Assembly: GCF_000012925.1 (NCBI RefSeq)
Contig: NC_007517.1
Location: forward strand, 3,810,001 to 3,842,000
DNA: 32,000 nucleotides
Direction of reading: 5' to 3'
DNA from: Geobacter metallireducens GS-15
Lineage (GTDB): Bacteria > Desulfobacterota > Desulfuromonadia > Geobacterales > Geobacteraceae
Part shown: positions 20,639 through 29,008 of the stretch, in pieces
Numbering within the stretch: the first letter of the stretch is position 1
Layout: every line of letters starts with the position of its first letter
The notes under the pieces: model-generated
Seen by the model: the letters and a program-made list of their open reading frames with translations, nothing else
Database searches by the model: none
Told to the model about the DNA's origin: nothing
Position numbers and translations under genes: made by a program

Positions 20639-22443
20639 GGATTGTCCTGCTCCCTGAACTGAAGCTGATAGAGCCGTGCGTAGACTCCTCCGGCGGCCAG
20701 GAGTTCGCGGTGGGTCCCCTCCTCCACCTTTTCACCCCGGTGGATGACGACGATCCGGTCGGCATCCTGAACCGTGGAGAGGCGGTGAGCCACCACCAGA
20801 GACGTACGGCCCGCCATGAGCGCCCGGAGCCCCTCCTGGATGAGCCGCTCAGACTCGCTGTCGACGCTGGAGGTGGCCTCGTCGAGGACGAGGATCTCCG
20901 GGTCGAAAGCCACGGCACGGGCAAAGGAAATGAGCTGCCGCTCGCCGGCGGAGAGGTTCACCCCCCGCTCCCGCACCTCCTCGTCGTACTTTTTGGGAAG
21001 CGCCTCGATGAACCGGGCGGCCCCCACAAGCCGTGCCGCCTCCTCCATCCTGGCAGCAGCCCCCTCGTCCCCCAGGGAGATATTGAACCCGATGGTGCCG
21101 GTGAAAAGATACGGTTCCTGGAGGACCACGCCGATCCGGCGCCGGAGGTCGGGAAGGGGCAGCTCCCGGATGTCGGCGCCGTCAAAGAGGATGCTCCCCC
21201 TGCTCACGTCGTAGAAGCGGGAGAGGAGCCGGGTCACCGTCGTCTTGCCGCCGCCCGTCTCCCCCACCAACGCCACCTTCTCCCCCCGCCGGATGGTGAG
21301 GTCTATCCCCCGGAGGACGTACTCCTCGTCCTTGTAAGCGAACCAGACATCCTTGAAGGCGATGGTGTTGACTGCCCCCTCATCCCCGGCCCCCCGCCTG
21401 GAGGGAGAGGGTGGCCGAAGGCCGGGTGAGGGGTATCCATCCTTCTCGGTGTCCAGCAGGTTGAAAATCCGCTCTAGGGCCGCCATGGCTCCCTGCATGA
21501 TGGAGTACTTGGCCGAAAGATCCCGGATGGGGCCGAAAAATTTTTCGGTGTACTGGATGAAGGCCACCAGTGCCCCGAAGGTAAGGGCGCCGCTGACGAT
21601 CTCCCCCCCGCCGTACCAGATGATGAGCCCCACGGCGATGGAGGAAAGGGTCTCCACCAAGGCATAGAGGGAGGCGTCCCAGGTGATGACCGGGAGGTTG
21701 GCGTCCCGGTAAGCGGCGTTGAGCCGCGAAAACTCCCGCCGCTCGGTTTCTTGCCGGTTGAAAAGCTGAACCACCGCCATGCCGCCGATGGTCTCGGCCA
21801 GAAAGGTGTTGAGGTTCGCCAGCCGGGCACGTACCTCCCGGAAGGCCTTGCGCATCCTGACCCGAAACGTAAAGGCGACCCAGATGAGCACCGGCAGGAC
21901 TGCGAAGGTGACTAGGGAGAGCTTCAGGTTCATCCAGAGCATCACCCCGACGATCCCGGCCAGGAAGAGGATGTCCCCCACCACCGTAATGATCCCTGCG
22001 GCGAACATCTCGCCGAGGACTTCCACGTCGCTGGTGAGCCTTGTCACGAGGCTCCCGGTGGGAGTCCGGTCGAAAAAGGCGACCGGAAGCCGCTGGACGT
22101 GGCTGAAGAGCTCCATGCGGAGATCGAACATCACCCTCTGCCCCAGGTACTGGAGGAGCCAGACCTCAAAGAACGTCAGGAGCGACTCGGCAAGGATCAG
22201 GGCGAGAAATCCGGCCGCCACCAGCGGCAGACCCTCCATCCGGCCGGTGATAATGTGCTCATCGATGGCCACCTTCATGATCCACGGCTGGGCCAGCCGG
22301 GCCGCCGCCGAGAGGGGAAGGAGGCAGAGGGCTGCCACGGCGAGCCACCGGTAGGGGAGCACGTAGCGGATAAACCGCGCCATGAGCCTCCCGTCATAGG
22401 CCTTGCCAACTATCTCGTCTTCGTAGGCACCACCGAAATGCAT
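20635..22443 (-). CDS. ABC exporter, fused permease/ATPase (MsbA-like half transporter, 602 aa)
   Basis: N-terminal half with multiple hydrophobic, TM-like segments. Walker [10 protein letters not shown], signature LSAGERQ, Walker [14 protein letters not shown]-loop VVAHRL. The stop overlaps the selB ATG (ATGA). Confidence 0.9.
   Translation of the reverse strand: MHFGGAYEDEIVGKAYDGRLMARFIRYVLPYRWLAVAALCLLPLSAAARLAQPWIMKVAIDEHIITGRMEGLPLVAAGFLALILAESLLTFFEVWLLQYLGQRVMFDLRMELFSHVQRLPVAFFDRTPTGSLVTRLTSDVEVLGEMFAAGIITVVGDILFLAGIVGVMLWMNLKLSLVTFAVLPVLIWVAFTFRVRMRKAFREVRARLANLNTFLAETIGGMAVVQLFNRQETERREFSRLNAAYRDANLPVITWDASLYALVETLSSIAVGLIIWYGGGEIVSGALTFGALVAFIQYTEKFFGPIRDLSAKYSIMQGAMAALERIFNLLDTEKDGYPSPGLRPPSPSRRGAGDEGAVNTIAFKDVWFAYKDEEYVLRGIDLTIRRGEKVALVGETGGGKTTVTRLLSRFYDVSRGSILFDGADIRELPLPDLRRRIGVVLQEPYLFTGTIGFNISLGDEGAAARMEEAARLVGAARFIEALPKKYDEEVRERGVNLSAGERQLISFARAVAFDPEILVLDEATSSVDSESERLIQEGLRALMAGRTSLVVAHRLSTVQDADRIVVIHRGEKVEEGTHRELLAAGGVYARLYQLQFREQDNP
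21376..21433. repeat. REP-like palindromic element, copy 2, inside the ABC exporter coding sequence
   Basis: 21402-21433 is the exact reverse complement of 1571-1602 (32/32). The left arm CCCCTCATCC (21376-21385) mirrors the right arm GGGTGAGGGG. It is translated in frame as [20 protein letters not shown]. Confidence 0.7.
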
Positions 22444-22520
22444 CGTCCCCCGCCTGAAAGCCCGTCCTTCGGCTTCTAACCGTCGGTGGCCGCCATTCTA
22501 CGTCATTTTACCGGCAGGCA

Positions 22521-22552
22521 AAACAAAAAAGGCCCATGGCATTGCCATGGGC
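22521..22552 (-). terminator. Rho-independent terminator after mglA
   Basis: Minus strand reads GGCCCATGGCA-A-TGCCATGGGCC followed by UUUUUUGUUUUG. Confidence 0.85.
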
Positions 22553-22585
22553 CGCAAACGTGGGATCGATTCACGCGCTGAGGCT

Positions 22586-23173
22586 TCAGCGCCCTTTCTT
22601 GAGGTCAATGAGGATCAGCTTGGCGACCGCCTTCAGGGTCTCGAAAACCCCTTCGCCGGTGGAGGCGCAGGCCTCGAACTCGGGAACCCCCGTGGGGTTC
22701 AGTTCTCGCCGGAGTTCTTCCACGGACAGGACTTCCGGCAGATCCCGCTTGTTGTACTGAATCACGTAGGGAAGCTTGTCCAGATCGTATCCCTGTTCCT
22801 TGAGATTGAAACGGAGGTTGTCCAGTGACTCGACATTGGCATCCATCCGCTCCTCCTGGGAATCGGCCACGAAAACCACGCCGTCCACCCCCTTGAGGAT
22901 CAGCTTGCGGGAGGCATCGTAGAAAACCTGGCCGGGAACGGTGTAGAGGTGGAACCGGGTCTTGAAGCCGCGGATCTCGCCAAGGGCCAGGGGGAGGAAA
23001 TCGAAAAAGAGAGTCCGCTCCGTCTCCGTGGCGAGACTGATCATCTTCCCCTTCGCCTCGGGAGCGGTCTTCTGGTAGACATGCTGAAGGTTGGTGGTCT
23101 TGCCGCAGAGGCCCGGCCCGTAGTAGACAATCTTACAGTTTATCTCGCGCGATGCGTAGTTGATGAAGGACAT
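22586..23173 (-). CDS. mglA: Ras-like small GTPase MglA
   Basis: [30 protein letters not shown] is nearly identical to what I recall of the Myxococcus MglA N-terminus. 195 aa. Confidence 0.93.
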   Translation of the reverse strand: MSFINYASREINCKIVYYGPGLCGKTTNLQHVYQKTAPEAKGKMISLATETERTLFFDFLPLALGEIRGFKTRFHLYTVPGQVFYDASRKLILKGVDGVVFVADSQEERMDANVESLDNLRFNLKEQGYDLDKLPYVIQYNKRDLPEVLSVEELRRELNPTGVPEFEACASTGEGVFETLKAVAKLILIDLKKGR

Positions 23174-23192
23174 CCGCCGTACCCCCGGGCCG

Positions 23193-23684
23193 TCAGTTAA
23201 AGAGATTATCGATGTCGTCGTCGGTGATCTCGGCGAAAGGGAACTCCTGGATGCCGCTCCGCTCCTTCTCCTCGGCCTTTTTCATGAGCCGGTCGAAGAT
23301 GGCGGTCAACTCCTCGGAGGCCTTCTTGACCCGGAGCCTTACCAGCCCCAGGGAGGACCGGGTGTCGAAGAGGACCACAAGAATCACCCGCCCACCGACG
23401 ATGGAGATATGGAGGTTGTCCTTTTCCCCCTCGTGGAACAGGATGGAAAATTCCTTCTCGCCGATCAGCTTGGCAAGACCACCGGTGGCGGCGATGTTTC
23501 CCGCAGTGAGCGATGCCAGCGACGTGGTGTCAAACCGCTCGGTCTCGCCGCAGCCGGCGATGAGCTGGCCGTTTTTGTCGACCAGGAAGATCACCTTGGC
23601 GTTGGCCTCCCGGAGCAGCTTCTCGATCGCAAGATTGATCAGCCTGAACTCCTCGTCGTACATCACCATCTGAGGATCTGCCAT
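23193..23684 (-). CDS. mglB: MglB, Roadblock/LC7-domain GAP of MglA
   Basis: [13 protein letters not shown]...[23 protein letters not shown]...[16 protein letters not shown] and acidic tail [14 protein letters not shown], as I recall for Myxococcus MglB. Confidence 0.9.
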   Translation of the reverse strand: MADPQMVMYDEEFRLINLAIEKLLREANAKVIFLVDKNGQLIAGCGETERFDTTSLASLTAGNIAATGGLAKLIGEKEFSILFHEGEKDNLHISIVGGRVILVVLFDTRSSLGLVRLRVKKASEELTAIFDRLMKKAEEKERSGIQEFPFAEITDDDIDNLFN

Positions 23685-23731
23685 GTATGCACCCCTTCAC
23701 CGGGCTGTAAAATTTGCACCGATACTGATGG

Positions 23732-23760
23732 GTTATAACAAAAATTTGACACTCGTTCAA
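23732..23760 (-). promoter_or_regulatory. Putative sigma70 promoter of mglBA
   Basis: Minus strand has TTGAAC (23755-23760), a 17-nt spacer, then TATAAC (23732-23737), about 45 nt upstream of the mglB ATG. Confidence 0.45.
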
Positions 23761-23904
23761 GGAGAGAAAACAGCGCCAGTGCGGCACCTGCCGTCACAGC
23801 CGCCACTAGCCCTTCTGCAACTAGCCGACATTTCTGCAAAATCAAGGCCAGTGTATCAATGCCACCCGGATGACACTTTCAGTATTCGTCCCTGGCATTT
23901 CGTG

Positions 23905-23944
23905 CAACAAAAAACCCCGGCAAGATCCTTGCCGGGGCTTTTTG
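23905..23944 (-). terminator. Rho-independent terminator after the pyruvate:ferredoxin oxidoreductase gene
   Basis: Minus strand reads CCCCGGCAAG-GAU-CUUGCCGGGG followed by UUUUUUGUUG. A T5 run follows on the plus strand too. Confidence 0.85.
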
Positions 23945-23960
23945 TTGGTACGGGCAGACG

Positions 23961-26900
23961 TTACTTCTCGCAGGTCTCCTCGAAGTTGAGGGCCGCCAGT
24001 TTCTGGTAGTAGCCGAAGTGGGCCTTGGACCAGGCAGCCGCCTTCCGCATCAGCTCCTCGTACCCCTTCGGGTTGTTCTTTCTGAGGACGCGGTAGCGGT
24101 TCTCGCTGTTGACGTACTCGTCGAAGGCGATGGTAGGGGCCTTGCTGTCCAGCTGCAGCGGGTTCTTGCACTCGGCGGCAAGCTGCGGATTGTAGCGGTA
24201 CAGCGGCCAGTAGCCGGAGTTGACCGCCCGCTTCTGGCAATCGACGGCCTTGGTCATGTCGATGCCGTGGGCGATGCAGTGCGCGTAGGCGATGATGAGG
24301 GACGGGCCGTCATAGGCTTCCGCCTCCAGCAAGGCCTTGATGCACTGGGCCGGATTGGCCAGGGAGACGGCCGCCACGAAAACCGAGCCGTAGGACATGG
24401 CCATCATGCCGAGGTCCTTCTTGGAAACGGCCTTGCCACCGGCGGCGAACTGGGCAACGGCGCCCAGCGGGGTCGACTTGGAGGCCTGGCCGCCGGTGTT
24501 GGAGTACACCTCGGTGTCGAGAACCAGCAGGTTGATGTTCTTGCCGCTGGCAATGACGTGGTCGAGGCCGCCGTAGCCGATGTCGTAGGCCCAGCCGTCA
24601 CCGCCGATGCACCAGATCGACTTCTTGACCAGGTAGTCGGCCACGGTGAGGAGACGCTTGGCCTCCGCCTCGGGGCAGCCGGCCAGGGCTTTCTTCAGCT
24701 CCGCCACCCGACCGCGCTGGGCCTCGATGCCGGCCTGGGTCGACTGGTCGGCACCCTTGATCTCGTTCATGAGGGGTACCGCGCTCGTGCAGGAAGAGCA
24801 GGAGCAGGAGGAGGAAAGCTTGTCGATCAGCTCAAGGGCCATGGCGTTGAACTTGTCCACGGCCAGCCGCATGCCGTAGCCGAACTCGGCGTTGTCCTCG
24901 AACAGGGAGTTTGACCAAGCCGGACCAAGCCCGTCGGCCCGCTTGGCATAGGGGGTGGTCGGGAGGTTGCCACCGTAGATGGAGGAACAGCCGGTGGCGT
25001 TGGCGATGAGGGTCCGATCGCCGAAGAGCTGGGTCAGAAGCTTCAGGTACGGGGTCTCGCCGCAGCCGGCGCAAGCGCCGGAGAACTCGAACAGCGGGCG
25101 AACCAGCTGGGAGCCGCGGACGGTATCCAGCTTGGCCACGGTCGGATCAACATCGGGAATGGTGAGGAAGAAATCCCAGTTCGCCACTTCCTGTGCTCTG
25201 AGCGGGGCCTGGAATGCCATGTTGATGGCCTTGTGGTTCGGGTCTTCCTTGCTCTTGGCCGGGCAGTTGTGGACGCAGGCGCCGCAGCCGGTGCAGTCTT
25301 CCGGAGCCACCTGGACGGTCAGCTTCTGTCCCTTGAACTCGGGAACCTTGCAGTCCACCGACTTGAAGGTGGCCGGAGCGCCGGAAAGGACAGAGGCGTC
25401 GTAGGCCTTCATCCGGATGGTGGCGTGGGGGCAGACGAAGGAGCAGATGCCGCACTGGATGCAGAGCTGCTCGTCCCATACCGGGATATCCACGGCGATG
25501 TTCCGCTTCTCGAACTGGGCGGTGGCCGTCGGGAAGGTGCCGTCGGCCGGCATCTTGGAAACCGGCAGATCGTCGCCGAGGCCGGCGATCATGGGCGCGG
25601 TGGTCTCCTGAACGAACTGGGGCGCCTTGGGACTGACGACCGGCGGCTTCGTGATGGTGCTGGTGGCCTTCTCGGGCACCGCCACCTCGTAGAAGTTGTT
25701 GAGGCCGGCATCCACCGCCTTATAGTTCATGGCAACGACCGCTTCACCCGCCTTGCCGTAGGACTTCTTGATGGCGCCCTTGATCTCGGCAACGGCCTGA
25801 TCCAGCGGGATGATGTTGGAGATCTTGAAGAACGCGGTCTGCATGATGACGTTGATCCGGGGACCGAGGCCGATCTCGTTGCCGAGCCGCACACCGTCGA
25901 TCACGTAGAACTTCAGCTTCTTGTCGATGATCTGCTGCTGCACGTCGGTGGGGAGCTTGTCCCAGATCTCGTTGTGGTCGAAGGGGGCGTTCAGGAGAAA
26001 CGTGGCCCCCTGCTTGGCCTTGGCCAGCATGTCGTACTTCTCCACGAAGGCGAAGTTGTGGCAGGCCACGAAGTCGGCCTCCTGCACCAGATACGGCGCC
26101 CGGATATACTTCTTGCCGAAGCGCAGGTGCGACGTGGTCATGGAGCCGGCCTTCTTGGAGTCGTAGACGAAGTAGGCCTGGGCGTTGTTGTCGGTCATCT
26201 CGCCGATGATCTTGATGGAGTTCTTGTTGGCGCCCACGGTGCCGTCGGAGCCGAGGCCGAAGAACATGGCCTGGTAGGCCCCTTCCATCGGGTTGAAGAA
26301 GGCCGGATCGCAGGGGAGGCTGCTGTTGGTCACGTCCTCGGTGATACCGACCACGAAGTTCCTCTTCGGCTTGTCGGTGGCGAGGCTATCGAACACCGCC
26401 TTGGCCTGGGCCGGGGTGAACTCCTTGGATCCGAGGCCGTAGCGGCCGCCGACGATAACCGGGTAGCCGTCGAACTGGCACTTGCCGTCGGCCATGGCCT
26501 CGCCGATGGCAGTGCGGACATCCATGTAGAGGGGCTCGCCCAGGGCGCCGGGCTCCTTGGTCCGGTCGAGGACGGCGATCTTCTTTACGGTCTTCGGCAG
26601 AGCGGCGATGAAGGCGTCGATGGGGAACGGCCGGTAGAGGTGGACTTTCACCACGCCGATTTTCTCACCCTTGGCGGAGAGGTTCTCAACCGTCTCCTGC
26701 GCCGTGTCGGCGCCGGAGCCCATGATCACGATGACGCGGTCGGCGTCGGGGGCGCCCACGTAGTCCACCAGCTTGTACTGGCGGCCCGTGATCTTGGCGA
26801 ACTTGTTCATCTCCTCTTCGACGATCTCGATGCACTTCGGGTAGTAGGAGTTTACCGTCTCGCGCCCCTGGAAGTAAACGTCGGGGTTCTGGGCGGTGCC

Positions 26901-27548
26901 GCGCATGAAGGGGTGATCCGGGGAGAGTCCGCGGGCCTTGTGGGCGGCGATCAGCTCGTCGTCCAGCATGGCGCGCATGTCGTCGAAGGTCAGCTCTTCC
27001 ACCTTCAAGACCTCGTGGGAGGTACGGAATCCGTCGAAGAAGTGGAGGAACGGCACCCGGGCGCGGAGCGTGGCGGCCTGGGAGATCAGGGCGAAGTCCA
27101 TGACCTCCTGGGCGTTGTTGGAGCAGAGCATGGCCCAGCCGGTGGAGCGGCAGGACATGACGTCGGAGTGGTCGCCGAAGATGGAGAGAGCCTGGGCAGC
27201 GATGGCGCGGGCCGAGACGTGGAAGACCGTGGAGGTCAGCTCGCCGGCGATCTTGAACATGTTCGGGATCATCAGGAGCAGGCCCTGGCTGGCGGTGAAG
27301 GTGGTGGTCAGCGCCCCTGCCTGGAGCGCGCCGTGGACGGCACCGGAGGCGCCCCCCTCGGACTGCATCTCGACGACCGACGGAATGGTCCCCCAGATGT
27401 TCTTCTCACCCATGGCGCTCTTCATGTCCGAGATCTCTCCCATGACCGAAGACGGGGTGATGGGGTAGATGGCAATCACCTCGTTTGTGGCGTGGGCCAC
27501 GTGGGCGGCCGCTGTGTTGCCGTCGATGGTAACCATGTTGCGACTCAT
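23961..27548 (-). CDS. nifJ: Pyruvate:ferredoxin (flavodoxin) oxidoreductase, single-polypeptide NifJ type (1195 aa)
   Basis: N-terminus VTIDGNTAAAHVAHATNEVIAIYPITPSS. Two ferredoxin-type clusters CIQCGICSFVCPH and CTGCGACVHNCP. TPP motif GGDGWAYDIGYGGLDH...DTEVYSNTGGQ. Confidence 0.96.
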   Translation of the reverse strand: MSRNMVTIDGNTAAAHVAHATNEVIAIYPITPSSVMGEISDMKSAMGEKNIWGTIPSVVEMQSEGGASGAVHGALQAGALTTTFTASQGLLLMIPNMFKIAGELTSTVFHVSARAIAAQALSIFGDHSDVMSCRSTGWAMLCSNNAQEVMDFALISQAATLRARVPFLHFFDGFRTSHEVLKVEELTFDDMRAMLDDELIAAHKARGLSPDHPFMRGTAQNPDVYFQGRETVNSYYPKCIEIVEEEMNKFAKITGRQYKLVDYVGAPDADRVIVIMGSGADTAQETVENLSAKGEKIGVVKVHLYRPFPIDAFIAALPKTVKKIAVLDRTKEPGALGEPLYMDVRTAIGEAMADGKCQFDGYPVIVGGRYGLGSKEFTPAQAKAVFDSLATDKPKRNFVVGITEDVTNSSLPCDPAFFNPMEGAYQAMFFGLGSDGTVGANKNSIKIIGEMTDNNAQAYFVYDSKKAGSMTTSHLRFGKKYIRAPYLVQEADFVACHNFAFVEKYDMLAKAKQGATFLLNAPFDHNEIWDKLPTDVQQQIIDKKLKFYVIDGVRLGNEIGLGPRINVIMQTAFFKISNIIPLDQAVAEIKGAIKKSYGKAGEAVVAMNYKAVDAGLNNFYEVAVPEKATSTITKPPVVSPKAPQFVQETTAPMIAGLGDDLPVSKMPADGTFPTATAQFEKRNIAVDIPVWDEQLCIQCGICSFVCPHATIRMKAYDASVLSGAPATFKSVDCKVPEFKGQKLTVQVAPEDCTGCGACVHNCPAKSKEDPNHKAINMAFQAPLRAQEVANWDFFLTIPDVDPTVAKLDTVRGSQLVRPLFEFSGACAGCGETPYLKLLTQLFGDRTLIANATGCSSIYGGNLPTTPYAKRADGLGPAWSNSLFEDNAEFGYGMRLAVDKFNAMALELIDKLSSSCSCSSCTSAVPLMNEIKGADQSTQAGIEAQRGRVAELKKALAGCPEAEAKRLLTVADYLVKKSIWCIGGDGWAYDIGYGGLDHVIASGKNINLLVLDTEVYSNTGGQASKSTPLGAVAQFAAGGKAVSKKDLGMMAMSYGSVFVAAVSLANPAQCIKALLEAEAYDGPSLIIAYAHCIAHGIDMTKAVDCQKRAVNSGYWPLYRYNPQLAAECKNPLQLDSKAPTIAFDEYVNSENRYRVLRKNNPKGYEELMRKAAAWSKAHFGYYQKLAALNFEETCEK

Positions 27549-27753
27549 GCTCTCCTCCTCTGTGATAAATACGAAACAGCGTTAAACTGTCGTCGTTCCT
27601 GAGTTGAGGCTCATGCAAAACTATTGCGTGGCCGGTTTGCGTTGTTGCCGTTCACTCGAAAGCTCAACGTACCGAGGGGTACGCCTCACTTCCTCGTTCT
27701 CTTGCGCCAGCATCCCGGCCTCCCAATCACGTTTTGCACGTGCCTCATTTGTC

Positions 27754-28347
27754 CTACAATTCGCTCCGTCCCTCAAGGGCCCGCTGCACCGTGGCCGCGT
27801 CCACATACTCCAGATCGCTCCCCAGGGGGATGCCGTGGGCAAGCCGCGTGACCCTGATGCCAAGGGGCTTGATCTGCCGCGCAAGATAGAGGGCCGTCGT
27901 TTCCCCCTCAACGGAGAAGTTGGTGGCAATGACCACCTCCCGCACCGTACCCTCTTCGAGCCGCCGCATCAGTTCGGCGATCCGGAGCCGGTCGGGAGTG
28001 ACCCCGTTCAACGGCGACAGGGCCCCCTGAAGGACGTGGTAACGTCCCCGGAAGGCCCGGGTCCTCTCCACCGCCAGGAGGTCCTGGGGTTCCTCGACAA
28101 CACAAAGGGACGTCTCGTCGCGGTCGCTGCTGCAGAGCCGGCAGGGATCTTCCTCGGTGATGCCGAAGCAGACGGAACAAAATTTCACCCGGCTCAGCAC
28201 CTCGCCGAGGCTCTCAGCAAGGGCTGCGGTATTCTCCGGGTATTTAAGCAGGTGAAACGCGAGCCGCAACGCGGTTTTCTCACCAACACCCGGCAATTTC
28301 TGCAGCTCCGCAAGGAGCCGCGCAAACGAGTTTGAGGACTGTAGCAT
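27754..28347 (-). CDS. recR: Recombination protein RecR (ATG at 28347 preferred; TTG alternative at 28359)
   Basis: LPGVGEKTALRLAFHLL helix-hairpin-helix, C4 zinc finger CSVC...CRLC, Toprim region VVEEPQD...ATNFSVEGETTA. Confidence 0.92.
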   Translation of the reverse strand: MLQSSNSFARLLAELQKLPGVGEKTALRLAFHLLKYPENTAALAESLGEVLSRVKFCSVCFGITEEDPCRLCSSDRDETSLCVVEEPQDLLAVERTRAFRGRYHVLQGALSPLNGVTPDRLRIAELMRRLEEGTVREVVIATNFSVEGETTALYLARQIKPLGIRVTRLAHGIPLGSDLEYVDAATVQRALEGRSEL

Positions 28348-28360
28348 AGTTCCCGCCAAA

Positions 28361-28480
28361 GATAAAACAATTTTTTATTAAAACGAAAATAAAACTTTTT
28401 ACTTACGGTAAAGTTTCACCGCTTTTTGCGATTTGCACTAAAGATTTTTTAGTTATAGTAAAAATTACTACTTTAATGCT
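28361..28480. other. AT-rich non-coding island (about 23% G+C by manual count) with phased A/T tracts
   Basis: 28 G/C in 120 nt. TAAAAC occurs three times (28363, 28379, 28390). A4-6/T5-6 tracts recur every ~10-16 nt. No ORF in any frame. Confidence 0.7.
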
Positions 28481-28623
28481 GCACCAGGGAACCCGCCACC
28501 ACCCCCAAAATCAAGCAGAGTTTTCATTTTCGCGTCAGATACAAAGAAGGGGCGACAGCCTTCCAGCTACCGCCCCAAAACCGGCTGCAACCGGGACAAT
28601 GCCCGGACAGACCCATGCCAGAC

Positions 28624-28938
28624 TCAGAAAAGGCCGGGAATATTGAGGCCGCCCGTAATCTTGCCCATCTCCTCGGAAAACTTGGACTGAACCTTTTTGA
28701 GGGCCTCATTCACAGCGGCAACGATGAGATCCTGGAGCATTTCCACATCGTTGGGGTCAACCGCTTCCGGCTTGATTGTCAGGGAAACGAGCTGGTTCTT
28801 GCCGGTCACCACGGCAGTCACCGCACCGCCCCCTGCCGTCGCCTCGGCGGTCTGCTGCGCCGCCTCTTCCTGCAGTTTCGCCATCTTCTGCTGCATCATC
28901 TGGGCCTGCTTCATGATACCTGCCAAACCTTTGGACAT
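28624..28938 (-). CDS. ybaB: Nucleoid-associated protein YbaB/EbfC
   Basis: 104 aa. MKQAQMMQQKMAKLQEE...GGGAVTAVVTGK...IKPEAVDPNDVEMLQDLIVAAVNEA. Classic position between dnaX and recR. Confidence 0.93.
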   Translation of the reverse strand: MSKGLAGIMKQAQMMQQKMAKLQEEAAQQTAEATAGGGAVTAVVTGKNQLVSLTIKPEAVDPNDVEMLQDLIVAAVNEALKKVQSKFSEEMGKITGGLNIPGLF

Positions 28939-29008
28939 CTGTTCCTCCGTGGTTTCGTGAGATGAGATTTACTCTTGATTAAAGAGTTTTGTTGAAATTA
29001 AAACATTG

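Noticed and set aside
23893-23906. Sigma54-like TGGCAT...TGCA
   Set aside because: The GG-to-GC spacing is 10 instead of 12. It is on the plus strand, with no plus-strand gene downstream.
24018-27602. 298-aa and 789-aa plus-strand ORFs antisense to the oxidoreductase gene
   Set aside because: Gly/Val/Asp/Leu-rich mirror translations of a strongly conserved minus-strand gene. No RBS and no recognisable domains.
28413-28419. parS-like half site GTTTCAC in the AT-rich island, and a DnaA-box-like TTATCCAAA at 16414-16422
   Set aside because: Only half of the 16-bp parS palindrome is present, and there is only a single 8/9 DnaA box. Neither supports a centromere or origin function. I found no full parS by eye.
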